Positions 25,326 to 37,981 of a DNA stretch of 64,000 nt are shown one piece after another (the stretch's first letter is position 1; every line of letters begins with the position of its first letter). The notes below the pieces were generated by a model. It made no database searches. It saw only the letters and a program-made list of their open reading frames with translations, and was not told the DNA's origin. A program made the position numbers and the translations under genes. Origin of the DNA: Amoebophrya sp. A120 (Eukaryota > Protista > Dinoflagellata); NCBI GenBank assembly GCA_905178155.1, contig CAJINV010000003.1, forward strand, positions 4,809,863 to 4,873,862, in the 5' to 3' direction.

Positions 25326-28300
25326 TCATGACTTTCGACATACACAGAGCCGACGCGTGGCTGCATGCTGCGCTTCACATCGTGGTACCAACGGGGCCCA
25401 ACCGACGAGACATTGCTTCGTCGTCAGAGCGGACGGGTTCGCAGGAACATAAGCAGGCAATTCCCGGCCCTCCTGATTTCCGCAGCCCATTTCACAGGGG
25501 AAGTGCTGCTGAAGGACATCGCACCGGTTTGCGAGGTGCAGGTCTTGCTCGACACAGCGCTCCTGATACGCATTGCATACCGTGTAGCAGGACGTCTGCA
25601 CACGGGGGGCGGCCCGAAATTCGTGGATTTTGGGATCGAATAGCATCTGCTTCTCTGGTGGCAGCAAACGCACAGCACCACTCGACCGTCGCTCGACCAG
25701 GACCACTATGGTCTTTTCCGCCCGCCAGTGCGCGCGCACCCACAAAACGCCCTGCCTAGCCCCTCGCACGTTATGGATTGCAAAAGTGTCTGGCTCTGGA
25801 AGGATGTGAACTTGTGATGCGCGTTGCGCATCTTACAAAAATCTGTGTTGCATGGCTTGCAAAAGCTGTCCATCTCTGGCCATGCTGAGAGAGCATTTCT
25901 CATGCAGAATAGGCATCAACAAGGGGCTGCAGAAGCTGTGATGCTCGGCCCTGCATTGCAGACTTGGCAAATCTCGGAATCTTCCAGACCCAGACATTTT
26001 TGCATTTGATACACGTGGTCCTTGTACAAAAGAAGCGCCTTCCGCACTTCGGGGTACTCCTCGCGACGGTAGGCTAGCATATAACCCGCTCAGGTGTTAC
26101 AATTTCAAACGTTACAATAGAATTTGGAACTTGTGTTGCAAAATCCGCAACATCTGGCCTACTCCCATAGGAGCGCGCATGACAAGTTTCGGAGCCCCAA
26201 ACCCCATGAGATTCTGACGAAATTTGTATTGCGAAAAGCCCAAGTCTCTGTATGATACTCATGCTGTTCATGCAAGACAAATTCCAGACTCTATTGTAAC
26301 GTTTGAGATTGTAACATCTGAGCAAGCCATATAGCACCAGAAGCTTTTCTGGCTCGTCCTGCGAGGCTATGGCAGTAGATCTCGGCCGTTCGGAATCCAG
26401 CTTGTTCTGAATTCGTACCCAGTCCATCTCCACGTTCGGGCTCTGGGGCACGTGTTCGTTGATGCCGTTCGCACTCATCAACGCATTCGGCGAATCGACC
26501 ACCGCAGCAGTCTGCAGAAGCTGCTTCTCCCACAATTCGTACCCCTTTGGGGTGACCAAATATCTGTAGTCATACCGATCCTGTGCCGCCGACGTCAAAT
26601 CTGTAGTTCCTTGGCTCAACAATTCGATACTCGGCGGGAAGAAGGTGCGTTGCCGGAGTTCATCTTGCAGCGCTGCGCCCTCATCTTTTTCACTGTTCAC
26701 TTTCATTTCTTGAGCTGGGCCAGCTGCACGTCCTCCGGGGTTGCGAGACAGAACCGTGATGGGTGACCACTGTGCACGCAGGATTTTTTGCGCAGCGTCG
26801 GGAACCGCGAGATCGAAGCGCACAGTCAGGTGCTGCGGCATCAGTGCCATATCTGCGAGTCGCTTTTTGTGCTCCGCGCGCGTCACCGTGCTCCCCTTCG
26901 CATTGCCGACGTGATGGGTCCGCGGTACTTCCGGATACACGCAGTCGCCGAGGGGAAGCAAACGTATCCAGTGGTCCCAGCCTGTCGAAGGATAGTGCTG
27001 CCACTGTGACAGCACCTTCTCCATGATGATTTTCCGGTGGCTCATCCAGCCGAGACCAGGAAAGAAATCCGTCCGCCAGATGCGGCGCGGGTCGCGCGCA
27101 CTGTTTTTGAATCCGTTGTCGTTCCACCCGGAAGCGCACCAGACGTTCGTGTGCTGGTAGTTGTCAATCAAAACCTCCATACCGCGGAAAAAGTGAAACA
27201 AATCGGGCCCGATGCTGAGGTCGTCCTCGAGAAAGACACCCCAGGGCGCCACGGTAAACGCTTTGCGCAACGCGCAGTGGTAGTGGCGCTGAATCGGATC
27301 GTAGACCCGGAAAAAGTCCGTGTTTTTGTTGACACCTGATAGCACCGGACGCCCCCAATCGTGGCCCGCACAGTTAAACAGATTCGGCTCCAGTAGATCT
27401 GCGGCGGTCGCTTTTTCCTCCTCCCGTGCCGTGGCGGCAGTTGGAGGTTGCTCAAAAGCAAAAGTCGTACTGAAGTCGATAACTTCGTCCTGCCCCACCG
27501 CGGGTTTCTGGCGGGGACTGTGAAAAACGAGACGCCGCTGGCGGGAATTCGCACTGAGGTACTTTTCCCGCAAGTATTTTTTCAGGTGCGCAACAGACTG
27601 GGTCGCATCGTAGCTGATCACAATGCGAAAGCGGCTGTCGTCCACACCGGGGGCACGAACCACGCTTTCCAACAGCTCCGGCAGGCGACACTCAGTGGGT
27701 TTCACAAATACGTGCGTCAAAATCGTCACGACGACCTCCAGCCCAACGCTGGTCGTTGCGGTTTCGCGTGCCCTTTTTCTAGCGCTTCCGCGAAGTCGTG
27801 AGGAGGAAAATTCGTGGGGTGTTTCTTCGGAGCGTTGCACAATGCCCAGAGAGTCCTTGGCGAGGTCCTCTGGTGATGCAGCTTCACTCGTCTTTATTGC
27901 CGGCAACATCGGAGCCGCTGGCTCCGGGGCGAACGACTTTTTTCTGGCAACGGCCGGGCCCAGGAGAGCAGACTGGTCCTCCCGCAGCGCTGCTATAGCT
28001 GCGCTCCGGTCCTTCTCACGAACGGCACGGTAGGGATCTGGGGGAACGAAAACTGCTGCGCGTTTCCGGTCGCGAATTTTCTTGCTACAACGCAACTCTT
28101 TTACGTAGGACGCGGACCCACTTTTCGGCTGCATTAAAACTTTTTTGAGCCACGCTTCCGCCAGCGGGTCGTTCGGTGCCGCCGCACTGTGTTTCTCAAG
28201 TTCCCACTGTCGATTGATATCTATCAGCCTTTGCTTTGCCCCTTCCGGCGGCTCCTTCTCCTGTGATATTCTACGAAGTTCGCAATGATCACCCCCTCCG

Positions 28301-29778
28301 TCTACCTGGGCATTCGCGCGCGCACGCTCTGGCTCGCAAACAAATCCGAAGCATTCCTCTTTGTGAATGTGCTCAGATAGTTCGCATGCGATGGCGGCGC
28401 CCTGTGCGGTCGGAAACACGACCCCCGCGTACTTCTCAAGGTTTCCTAGCGACTGGACCTCCTGGCCAACAAAGGGGCCGGCGAACATGCACTGCTCTCC
28501 GACTCGCGAAGGGATATGAGCGCTCGGCACTGCATCTTCATAATCTCGAGGCCCACTTACTATGTGCGGAAACATTTCCCGAGTAATTACGTACTCTTCC
28601 ACGCGTCTTCCCTGGCCGAACTGTGACTTTATTCTGCCACGCGGAGCCTCAGCGTCGTTGGAACGGTTTGGGGCATCGCAGTGGTGTTTCCACAACACTT
28701 CTCGGAAAGCGGCCATCCTATTGTGGTTGAATCCGGTCGGTAGACTTGCAGTTCCTGCGCTACTTCTTCTGTAGTTGACCCACTCATGATTGTGACGAAA
28801 GAACAGGGATCGCTTTCTATCGGATGGCAGAGAGCCCATCACAAAGCAGCGAAGACTCTCCTCGTGCGAAGGCGCGGCTGCTCCGGTAGAAGATACCGGC
28901 GCGTGCGGCTTCGGCGCGAGGAGCTGCGGATGCTCCTTTAACACGCTTTGCAGAACGCTGCGGTCGGCCGCAGCAGTTGTCACGCCAAAACCGACGACCC
29001 CTTGATGGGCAGAGGGCGTCCCTTTGTTTTCCCGCCGTAAAGTCACTGCCTCGTGAATCAAATGCAGCGGAACTTCGACAGCGGCTGCGGGCGGAAGCGC
29101 GTCCGCCAGGTCAGGCACCGTGCAGGAGACCCCAAGGCACACATTTGATGGCAACGCTCCACATTCTCCCTGCGCAGCGTGAAGGCCACCGGGGACTGCG
29201 AGCGCCGTAATGAACTCCCCCAGCGGACGGTCGCTGTGCTCTGCGGCGGTAGTGAATGTGGCTGAGGACGCGGATGATCCGTGACCCACGGTAGCGGTGA
29301 GTCGTTCGCAGTCTACGGTGTGCGATATTACCAGTGGAGATTCTATTTCTGTCCTGCCGGGCGAATTGCTTTTTGTTTCAGGAACATGAGCCCGGGGCTG
29401 CGCAGGCGCATGCTCGTCCTCTAGTGAGGGATAAGAACCAACGGCCGGGTTAAAGTCCGCGAGCGGGGCAGGGGCTGGTCGGGCTATAATACTCTCGTCC
29501 GACCTGCGGCTCTGTTCTTCGCCACGCCATGAACTCGTCGTGCGCGGGTCCGCGGGGTCGGGAACTATCGCCGTCCTTACGGACAGAACGCCGGCATTCT
29601 CAGTTTGCTTTCCGCGAAGTTGCCAGGATTCCAAGTTGTGCGTCAGATCGAGGTACGACCAGGTGTAGAGCTGGAACAAAGCGTAGCACAAACTCCCCAG
29701 GCCAAACACCAAAAAAATGTAGGTACGCCGTCGCAGTGTGGTCCCGCAAACGCAAAGCTGCGGTAATATCCTCATCAT
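25326..29778 (-). CDS. GT13 family (GnT-I/POMGnT1-like) N-acetylglucosaminyltransferase, type II membrane, Cys-rich C-terminal domain
   Basis: N-terminal TM; FLEDDL, CASGWNDNG, RTDFFPGLGWM, WDHWIR, PEVPRTHHVG; exons 29778-26332, 26074-26012 and 25766-25326 join as EKLLVL-AYRREEYPEVRKALLLYKDHV-RGARQG after removing two introners. Confidence 0.88.
25772..26011. mobile_element. Introner-like TIR element, family A copy 1 (240 bp)
   Basis: ~31-bp TIR (TATCAAATGCAAAAATGTCTGGGTCTGGAAG type, 5 mismatches); TSD CACGT at 25767-25771 and 26012-26016; frame restored. Confidence 0.92.
26080..26331. mobile_element. Introner-like TIR element, family D (252 bp)
   Basis: ~60-bp imperfect TIR (core GCTCAG.TGTTACAAT.TCAAACGTTACAATAGA); TSD TAGCA at 26075-26079 and 26332-26336; frame restored. 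Confidence 0.92.
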
Positions 29779-30646
29779 TTTACTCCAGTGCGCACTACCA
29801 GTTCAACTGGTACCCGAAGGTACTACCACAGAAACAGATTCATCGAAGGCGAAACAAAGAGAATGCCTATCCTGAGAAACAGCAAGAAACCACAAAAGAA
29901 AAATGCTTGTATACTCCGTTCGCAAAAAGTAAAATGCAAAATGAATCGAAACAAACCAAAACGGCTCCTGTATAGCATACCTAGATACTAATCAATCCAT
30001 TTCTACCCTCTACACGCACGAGGCAAGAATTCAGCACAATCAATTCAGTGATCGATTATGAATCCACGCTTGAGCATGCGCACTAGAGCGGCATACAAAG
30101 CGAAATGATATAGAAGCAGCGATCATTACCTGCAAAGCAAGAGCGAAAAAGAGTGAGAAAGAGAGTAACAACTCACTACAAAGACGGAACTATGTGATTG
30201 CACTGGGGATCGCAAAACCGAGTAAGTACTTAAGTAGCGCGCCACTGTCACGAGGCGCCTGCGGTCCCCCTTGTACAACAGCTATCCTGCAGCTTTTTGT
30301 GCACTCTACGGGAACACCACCATCACTAACAAAGCATGAGCCGCATCGACTCAACCCATGTGTTTTCTTCGTGAGTAGTCGTTATTCATGTGCAAGCGAG
30401 AGGAAGATGCAGATCGATGCACTTTGCAACGTTCATATTCCGAACCCAGCCGTGCATTCAGCTCCAGTGCGCAGCAGGCTTTCTTGGTTACCAGACCATC
30501 CCACGTGTTCACGGCTGAGCAGCAGCGGTATGACATGTGACACGATCTGCACCACAGCTTCGCGGCTTCAAGCACTACTCCCAACACTCATCTCCAGGCC
30601 CACGTGCCATCACCGAAGTAGTACACACGGTCTGGCGATTGCATTT

Positions 30647-33564
30647 TCAGCGGACGGTTGCTGTCTTTTGGAAGTTTGTCTCATTGGTACTAATTTGAAA
30701 AACAAAAGGGAACTTGACTGAGCTAGGTGTAGTTGGTGTTGGTGTACGTCGTTCACCACAATACAACAAAGCAAATGGCCCGACGAGTTCGAGTAAACGA
30801 TAAACAGCAGTAGCTATACCTTGTAGTCCCTGGTCCACGCCTTGTTGTAGAGGTGCTTCGTCTTCGCTTCCGCTCGCCGCTGGCATTCTCTGCACATACT
30901 CCGGGTCTGCAGTTTTGCTACCAGCACCGCCCTGCGTGTGGTCCGTTCCCTTACTGCTGCCGGGCGCAGCTCCCGTGGCCGCATAATTCGGAGCCGCCGC
31001 CGCAGTGTTTTTTGCAAGCGTCATGGTCATCATATTTCGCCGCAGTCTTTCCTCAAGCGCATTCAGCTTGTTCAACAGCGCATCCTTCTCTTGCAAAAAC
31101 GCAGGATCCACAACGTCTGCCGCTGTCGGGTCCTGTTGCTCCGAGGGCAGAAGACGATCACTCGTCGACCACTCTGGAATAAAAGCCTTTCGTGAAGAGG
31201 AGGCTGCGCCTCCCTCGTCTGTCTTCACCTGCTGCAGTTGGCTCCGCCGGTTCAGCACGCTCGGGGGTATGAGCGCCGCGGACGGCTCGCGCGAACGTCC
31301 GCTCGGGGAGAGAACGGACTGGAGACAATTGTAGGCGTCCTCCACGCATTGTCGCGCACGCGAGAAGCCAACTTTGGGATCCGGTGAGCGAGGCAAAAAA
31401 GCAGCCATATCGCACGACAAAGGGTCACCAGTCAAGTTGATACGTGAGGGGGACATCAAGTCGCTGCTGGTGCCCGCCTCGGTCGCGGCTCTTTGTTGGC
31501 GCGCCCTGAAGCGAAGTGCCGTCTCCCCCCGCCGGCGTACTAAAGAGGGATCAGGTATGCGTCGCCGAGACGGGGAGCTGCTGGTCTCCAGCAGGTGCGA
31601 GAGCTCCTTCTCGGACCTTGTCCACTCGTCTCGCAGCGCAACCATCCTCTGCGCTATGGAATTCTCTCGCTTGTGCAAATCCCGCAGCAGCTCGCTCCGT
31701 TTAAAGTCACTCAGTCCGCTGGTGAGCACGTTTTCTGTCGCGGCCTCAGCGACGTCAGCTCGTGCGACGTTGTAGAGTGACCCGACGCGATCTCCCAGCG
31801 AGTCCGTGCGTGACTGCACGATGCTGGGCTCCCCACCCGCTGCTGCCGCCGCTTCGAGGACTGCCGGTGGTCCGTAGGGCAGCTGAAGGAGCTCTTTTTC
31901 TTCCGCCACCGCATTTATTTCGTCGACCGTTGGCAATTCCGCCGTGGGCTCCTCATCAATGGAAAGGACCTTGTTTGCTGCGCCACTGGTCGTGTCTTCT
32001 GTAGCAGCTTCTACTTCTGCGGTTGTGGTCTCTTCCGTCGCATCTGGTTTTGATTTCCGGTTCACTTTTCGTTTCGCGACGACCCGTTTTTTCTTCTTCT
32101 GCGTGCCCGGGCTGCCAGAAACGGACTCCGTATCCGCCGGGATTACGGTCTGGTCAGGGGGCGCCGCTGGTGCAGTGGATCTTTCTTCGGGAGGCGACTC
32201 CGGGGGCGCCGGATCCTCAACCTCCTTCTGCGCGGCCTTTGAAAGCGATGGAAGGTCGTATTTTAGCGGACCAAGTCGCGCGCCCAGCTTTCCTACCAGC
32301 GCATCCAGACGCTTCTCGTATTCGCGCATTCGCTTCTCGAAATCTACCGGCTCTGTCTTGTTTCGAATTTGTGGTTGAAGTAGTACGTCAAATCGTCAAT
32401 GAATGGCCAAGTACTTTTGCCAGTTTATGCTTGTACGTATTGCAATATGTGTTTAGTTCCTCCTCGTCGGCACAAACAGTATCGGACAGAAGGAGCGGTA
32501 GCTAGTTGCGTCACTACACTTCTACCCCTACCTGCTGAAAAGCAAAAGCAAAACTACTAAACTTACATACCAGACGAGGTAGGCGCACAACCGTTCTCCT
32601 CATCGCAGGAACTGATCTTGGACTCGGCTTCCGGAAGTAAGCACGATGCTGGCAAGATTGCAGAGAGTGCGCTACTTTTGTCTGACGGCAGGAGCACCCC
32701 GCTAAAGCCCGGCAAGTGCCTTCTACTTCCGCCGAGAAGAGCGGGAGGAGCAGTGGAGGAACTACTTCCGCCGATTTCCACTGAGCCTCGTACACGTTGT
32801 CGGCTGTCCAGTTCCTCCGCACGAGCAACCGCCCCCGCCGCAGCGGAATTTTCATCCGATGGTCCCCGGCTTCCTTTTGAGGCCCGCTGCAGCTGCTTGC
32901 CGGACCACCACGTACCGTAGTCGCTTTTCGCCACGGTGTTCAGCAGCTTTTCCGTTACGACTGCGGCTCGGGACGACACCGTTTTCGCGAAGTTCCCGAC
33001 TTCGCCCGCGATTTCCACCGGCTCCTGGTCCCAGACATCGCTTTCGACGACGGCTTTGGCAAGCCGAGCAAAGGTCCCGGCCTCGTGTTCCACCAGTTTG
33101 CTCCGCCGCGAAGAGGCCACCGCAGGGCTGGTGGTGGAGGGGAACACCTCTACCTTCTTCGAGAACAATTCCCGCGCCTGGTCGGCATCTACGCGGATCT
33201 CGACGCCCTCGCGTAGCCTGGCCACGAAGTTCTTCTCCCCACCTTGCGGGGGACGAAATCCAGCAGGGCGGTACAGCGGACGCCGAAATGGACTCTCGGT
33301 GGCCTTACTAGTCGGACTTTCGGATTCTTCCACCTCGCCAGCCAGCGTGGCGAGCTTGGAAGTGTCTCCTTGCCCTGTCGCGGTCATTTCAACAACACTT
33401 ATAGTCTCATCTTTTAGTTTTATTTTCCCAATTTTTGTGCAATTGCTATTGCCGTGACTGCTGCGCCGGTGCGGTAGAAAAGTTGAAGCGACTACGCCAG
33501 CGGAGAAAAGCTGACGACTCATTCGCAATGAAGGCCTAGTTGTCGCGATTCTGTATTCCTTCAC
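30647..33564 (-). CDS. Hypothetical coiled-coil/low-complexity protein (ORFs 32563-33564 and 30647-32329 probably joined by an intron)
   Basis: Two long ORFs; plausible phase-1 junction using a GTATGT donor near 32570 and a CAG acceptor near 32353; both ends uncertain. Confidence 0.5.
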
Positions 33565-33922
33565 CTTCTCTCATCGGTCTCTCTCGCAACGCATACGTTG
33601 TTATTTTTCTTTATTGAAAGACCCTCCACGGAATCGAGGTTGTCGCCATCTAGAAACGATCAGAAGTCACGAGCGAAAAGGCGCTAGGAGTTTCGAGGTA
33701 CTTCCGCGAAGGAGCGCGGAACGCGCCAGTACGGTCTCATCTTGTGGTGCGTGATGTATATGGACGCAGTTCGCCCGGCTGTTTCTAAGGAGCCTTCTTT
33801 CAGAAGAAAGCTGCAGAAATGAGGATGCTCATGCGTGTATGTCCGTAGGCGTTCATTGGAAAAGAAAACAGTAATCGATAAATATGTGGTCGCTCCGCGG
33901 ACCACGAAACGCGCCCTGTGGC

Positions 33923-36900
33923 TCATTCGTCTTCGCCCTCCTCCTCTTCTTCTCCCTCCGCAGCTTCTGCCGGCGCTGCAGCGTCTCCCCCCGCAACCGG
34001 TGTTGCTATAGGCAGACTACCCGCAGCCGCAGCCACTGGCGGTGGCGCCACGGCAGCGAGTGCAGAACCTGCAGGCGCTCCCGAGGATCCCGCCGACGAC
34101 CCGACAATCGGCCCTGGCGGCTCTGCAGGACCCAGGGTTAAACGATGAGCCTGGATGGCGTGGGCCACGCCCGTGCAGAAGGTGCTCACGTCGAAGTTCT
34201 CCTCGTTCCACATCTCAGCGCGCGAATGATGATGAAAGGTATTCGCGTGCTCGGGCTCCAACTGCCGCACGAAGCTCTGCTGCACGGCCTCGCACAGGCT
34301 GCGTTCCCGGGGCAGTTCTGCAGTCGAGCACACGGACTTCATCCGAGCCCCAACGAGACTAGGGTCGCCGTCAACCGAAAGAATCACCGAGACGACCATC
34401 TCCTGGCATACCGCGAAAAAGTCGGGGTCGGTATGCTGTGGAAATAGTCAAACACATTGTGATTGCAGATTTTGATATAGCATGATGTACACCGTTATGA
34501 AACAAAAACATGCTACCGAAGAAAAGAAAGAAAAGAAAGATAACAAGCTGCTTCAACATCTTCTAGCAAAAAGCGGCGGCTCTGTTGACACCTGTATATC
34601 GCTATCGTCAACAGAAATCTGTGTGCGCAACATCGGTGGGTGTGCGAAGGGAATCGCACCGCACTGCATGTTGCCGTCACGCTCCCCCCATTCACACATT
34701 TCCGTGTCCGGAGCGTGTGGCAGACGGTACTGGACGCAGTTCTCCTTGCTTGCAAACTCAGCACAGAACCCCGTACGCGTGACACAGGAAGTGCCATTCA
34801 CGTCAACTGCACAGGCCACTTCAGCAGCGCACTGTCCAGGCGCCAGCGCGGCGCAAGCGTCCGTCACGCACGCCCTTTCGTGCTTCCACACGCACATCTT
34901 CTGCGGGTCTGGCAAGGTGCTTCCGGCCGCCGTCGCGTTGGATGTACTAGCAGTAGAGAAACCTGGAGTGCTGGCGCCACTGAATACCAGAGACCCACCC
35001 GCACCGCACGTCGCCTTGGTAGTGTGCGTCGCACAGGCGTCGAAAAGACAGCGGTTGTTGCGCCACGCGCAGCCGTCGCGTAGACCGTGAGCGGAGCATG
35101 CAAATGAGTCGGAAAACTGCTGACACAGGTCCGTGTCGCACTTCTGGGTCCCCGCCGACCACTTGCACCACGGTTTGTGGGTGTCACAGGACTCTTTTTG
35201 GTCGTAGTGGGGGCAGGCGTTCACGAAGCAGACATTGGTTTCCGCGTTCCACAAACAGGATGAACCTTGTGGTCCACCTCCGGTAGAAGTGAGCTGACAG
35301 TCTGCGCGTGTCCGCGCGCGAGCGCACCCGGACTGGTCGCGGTGACATTGCGCGTCGCCCACACGCCATACACACCCGTGCGTCGGCCCGTGGTCGTTGC
35401 AATCGCTGACGGACTCCTTGAACGGGCACACATCGGTCGTACACAGATTCCCGGATGTCCACACGCACTGACTTCGATCATGGCGGTCCGGCATGTTGAT
35501 AGCAGCACGAGTGTCTTTGACCAAGAACCCTTTTCTCTCAAGCACGCGAGTGCTCTTCGACGCCATCTTGTGGGCAAGAAACGCAAGTGCCCCTCCTGCT
35601 CCGCGAGTATCCCCCGGACTGCTCGCCGGTCCGGTAGCGTTCGGTTTGATGTTCATGCCCCCACCTTCGTCCGCGTCACCGCCCTCACACTCCGTCAGGC
35701 TGGTGTGCAGACCGCAGGGGTCCGGACGACAGACTTCCAGGTCCCGGCTCCAGTGGCAGTGCGCTTCGTCGTCGCAGCTGGCCCGGTATTCGTGGCGCGA
35801 GCAGCTGTCCATCACACACAGGTTGCCGGTCCAGTGGCACCCGGCGCGACGCGTGCACGGGTAGGGCGCGGTTTCCGTCATGCACCCGTCCATCACGCAC
35901 TGCCCCCCGGCGACTACTCCGGGCGCGAAGTGGTTTCGGAACGTGACCACCGGTTCGACCGCAGTCGCGATCCAGGTGCAGTGGTGGGCCATGTCGGCCT
36001 ATTAAGAGGAAAAATCCCCCCTCCCCATATCGAAAAGGTATGTTTCCGCAAATTTGTGTTGCTGATTTGAGACCTCAAATCACGTCTGTCTTGCAAGAAG
36101 GCAACTCCACAAGCTCCGCAGCATTGTGCAGGCGGTTTGTGATGCTGATGGGTCTAAAGCGCGGACGTTTCTCATGCTAGACGCCTAGGCCAGAACCTCG
36201 CTACTTAGGCTTACTTAGTATGGGGCTGCATTCCTCTCCAGCAAGACAGATCTTATTTGTGTACGCAAATCCTGCATCAGAAACTTCGTTTTGATATGGG
36301 GAGGGGGGATTTTTCCTCTCAATACGGCCTCGCACCCAGACACGGTTGTGTGCGTGTCGCAGACGGAGTGATGCTGCACCAGGCGGTATCCTGAGTAAAA
36401 ACGTCCCCACCCCAGAGTTGTCATGCAAATCCGCACGCCAAGAAAGTTTCTCATGCGGAGCCCCATGAGAAGCGTTTCCTAGTCGTGTTTTGAAATTTGT
36501 GATGCTAGAATACGCATGATATGCTAGATCTGTGATGCTGCTTAAATAGCAAAACAGGACTACACTACGACAGCAAACTTGTCATGCAAAACAGCCGAAG
36601 CAGGTTGATTTGTCTAGCAGATTTCCCATCTTGACTCTGGTGTGGGGACGTTTTTACTCAGGATAGGCGGCTGGCCGCGCGGTCGTGAAGATCAGGGGAC
36701 ATTACGACTCCAGCCCGGTCGTACACCGGCGCCACCGCTGGGTCGTCGCGCAGCCCGTGCTGGTACGCCGCGGTCCCGGGCACAAAGTCGTCGAGCGTGT
36801 CCGCGGTCGAGTCGGCCAAGGCGGCGGTTCTCGCGGCCACGTGCTGCGCGACGTCCTCCGCCATGTTGGCTGCCTCGTGCACGCGAGCACGAACCTGGTC

Positions 36901-37107
36901 CGACACGACGGCCCCAGACGCATCCTCCACGGCCCGGTCCGTCAGCTGCGACAGCGGCGACTCCACCTGGTCAAACGGATCCTCGTGCTGCAGCATGCGC
37001 AGCGAAAGTCCCTGGTCCATAAGTAGGACGACCCAGCTGCAGCAAATAACCGGTGCTACCAAACACCATCGCGAGCGCGCGGACGGACTTGCTGCACACC
37101 CGCCCAT
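33923..37107 (-). CDS. ~804-aa secreted or surface Cys-rich repeat protein with saposin-like Cys pattern and A/E-rich tail
   Basis: Exons 37107-36666, 36381-36325, 35994-34592 and 34435-33923 (2415 nt, in frame); hydrophobic N-terminus; many C-x-W-x(3-6)-C-x-x-D-x-C repeats; junctions AASR-LVQHH and GCEA-DMAHHC formed by introner removal. Confidence 0.8.
36000..36324. mobile_element. Introner-like TIR element, family C (325 bp)
   Basis: 32-bp TIR TATT(A/G)AGAGGAAAAATCCCCCCTCCCCATATC with 1 mismatch; TSD CGGCC at 35995-35999 and 36325-36329; frame restored. Confidence 0.93.
36387..36665. mobile_element. Introner-like TIR element, family B copy 1 (279 bp)
   Basis: 32-bp TIR TATCCTGAGTAAAAACGTCCCCAC(A/C)CCAGAGT; TSD GGCGG at 36382-36386 and 36666-36670; frame restored. 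Confidence 0.93.
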
Positions 37108-37981
37108 GCTCGCTCTGTTTCAAGTCGAACCAGGCAAGTTCATAGTGGCGGGGGCGATACAAGCGATACTACTTGTATCACACTCGTCCTGCCTGGTACA
37201 GCTTTTGCTGTGAAACGATGTTGAATTCTCTTTCTGTTCCACTCATGAACATTTTGGGCCTTTTTCGGCACGGAAAAAATCACAGGCGTATGTGTACTAA
37301 CTCGCTTTCGCACTCGCAGGCCAGGCAGCACAAACATGGCACAAGAACATGAAGCATGTGTGCCTCAGTCACATTCTCATCAAACTCCGTTTGCCCTCAT
37401 AAGTGACCTGTTTATATATCGGGCCCTTCCAGCACTCCGTGCTCTATGTGTTTATGAAAAGTCCACCAGGTTGGCCGCACTGTTTCTGTCTGAGCAACAA
37501 AGAACTGTGAGATCTACCCGGAAGGAAAATCTGCGTGAGCTGCTCCGCAAATGCTCGCTTTGTCCTTCGTTTTTCCTGAGCCTGAAGAGACTTACTTTGC
37601 GTCGATATTAAACGCTTCTGTATTCTCAGGGTTCGTGTCAGCCTGCATCTGAATGTAATTCCGCGCACATGTTCACTTTATATCGCGGCGAGCTGTTGTT
37701 TTTGCAACGGCAGCTCTAATTATTCAGTTCTTTGTTTGTGGTTTTGGCACTGTCTATGGCACTCGCACTCTTGACTTCTGCATTTGACAATTTAAAGAAA
37801 AAGAAACTACAACTACTGGCAGTCATGTACGAAACAATTGAAACGATTTCTATTCTCACACAGGTGAAGGGATAATTCTCGTACGGCAGCGAGCATGAAA
37901 CAAGTTAGACTTAGAGAGTAGAGCAACAGCGAGTAGAAGCTCCGCGATCCCTGCCCAAGGGGGCACATACCGAGAGCGCGC

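Noticed and set aside
26080-26331. Outer TIR mismatches of family D are all G-U wobbles on the transcript strand, suggesting RNA-hairpin selection
   Set aside because: Across elements A-E I count about 10 wobble-compatible versus 8 incompatible transitions, so there is no clear bias
33923-34399. Resemblance to acidic ribosomal protein P1/P2 (A-rich hinge, acidic tail)
   Set aside because: It lacks the DMGFGLFD end and splices in frame as the last exon of the Cys-rich gene
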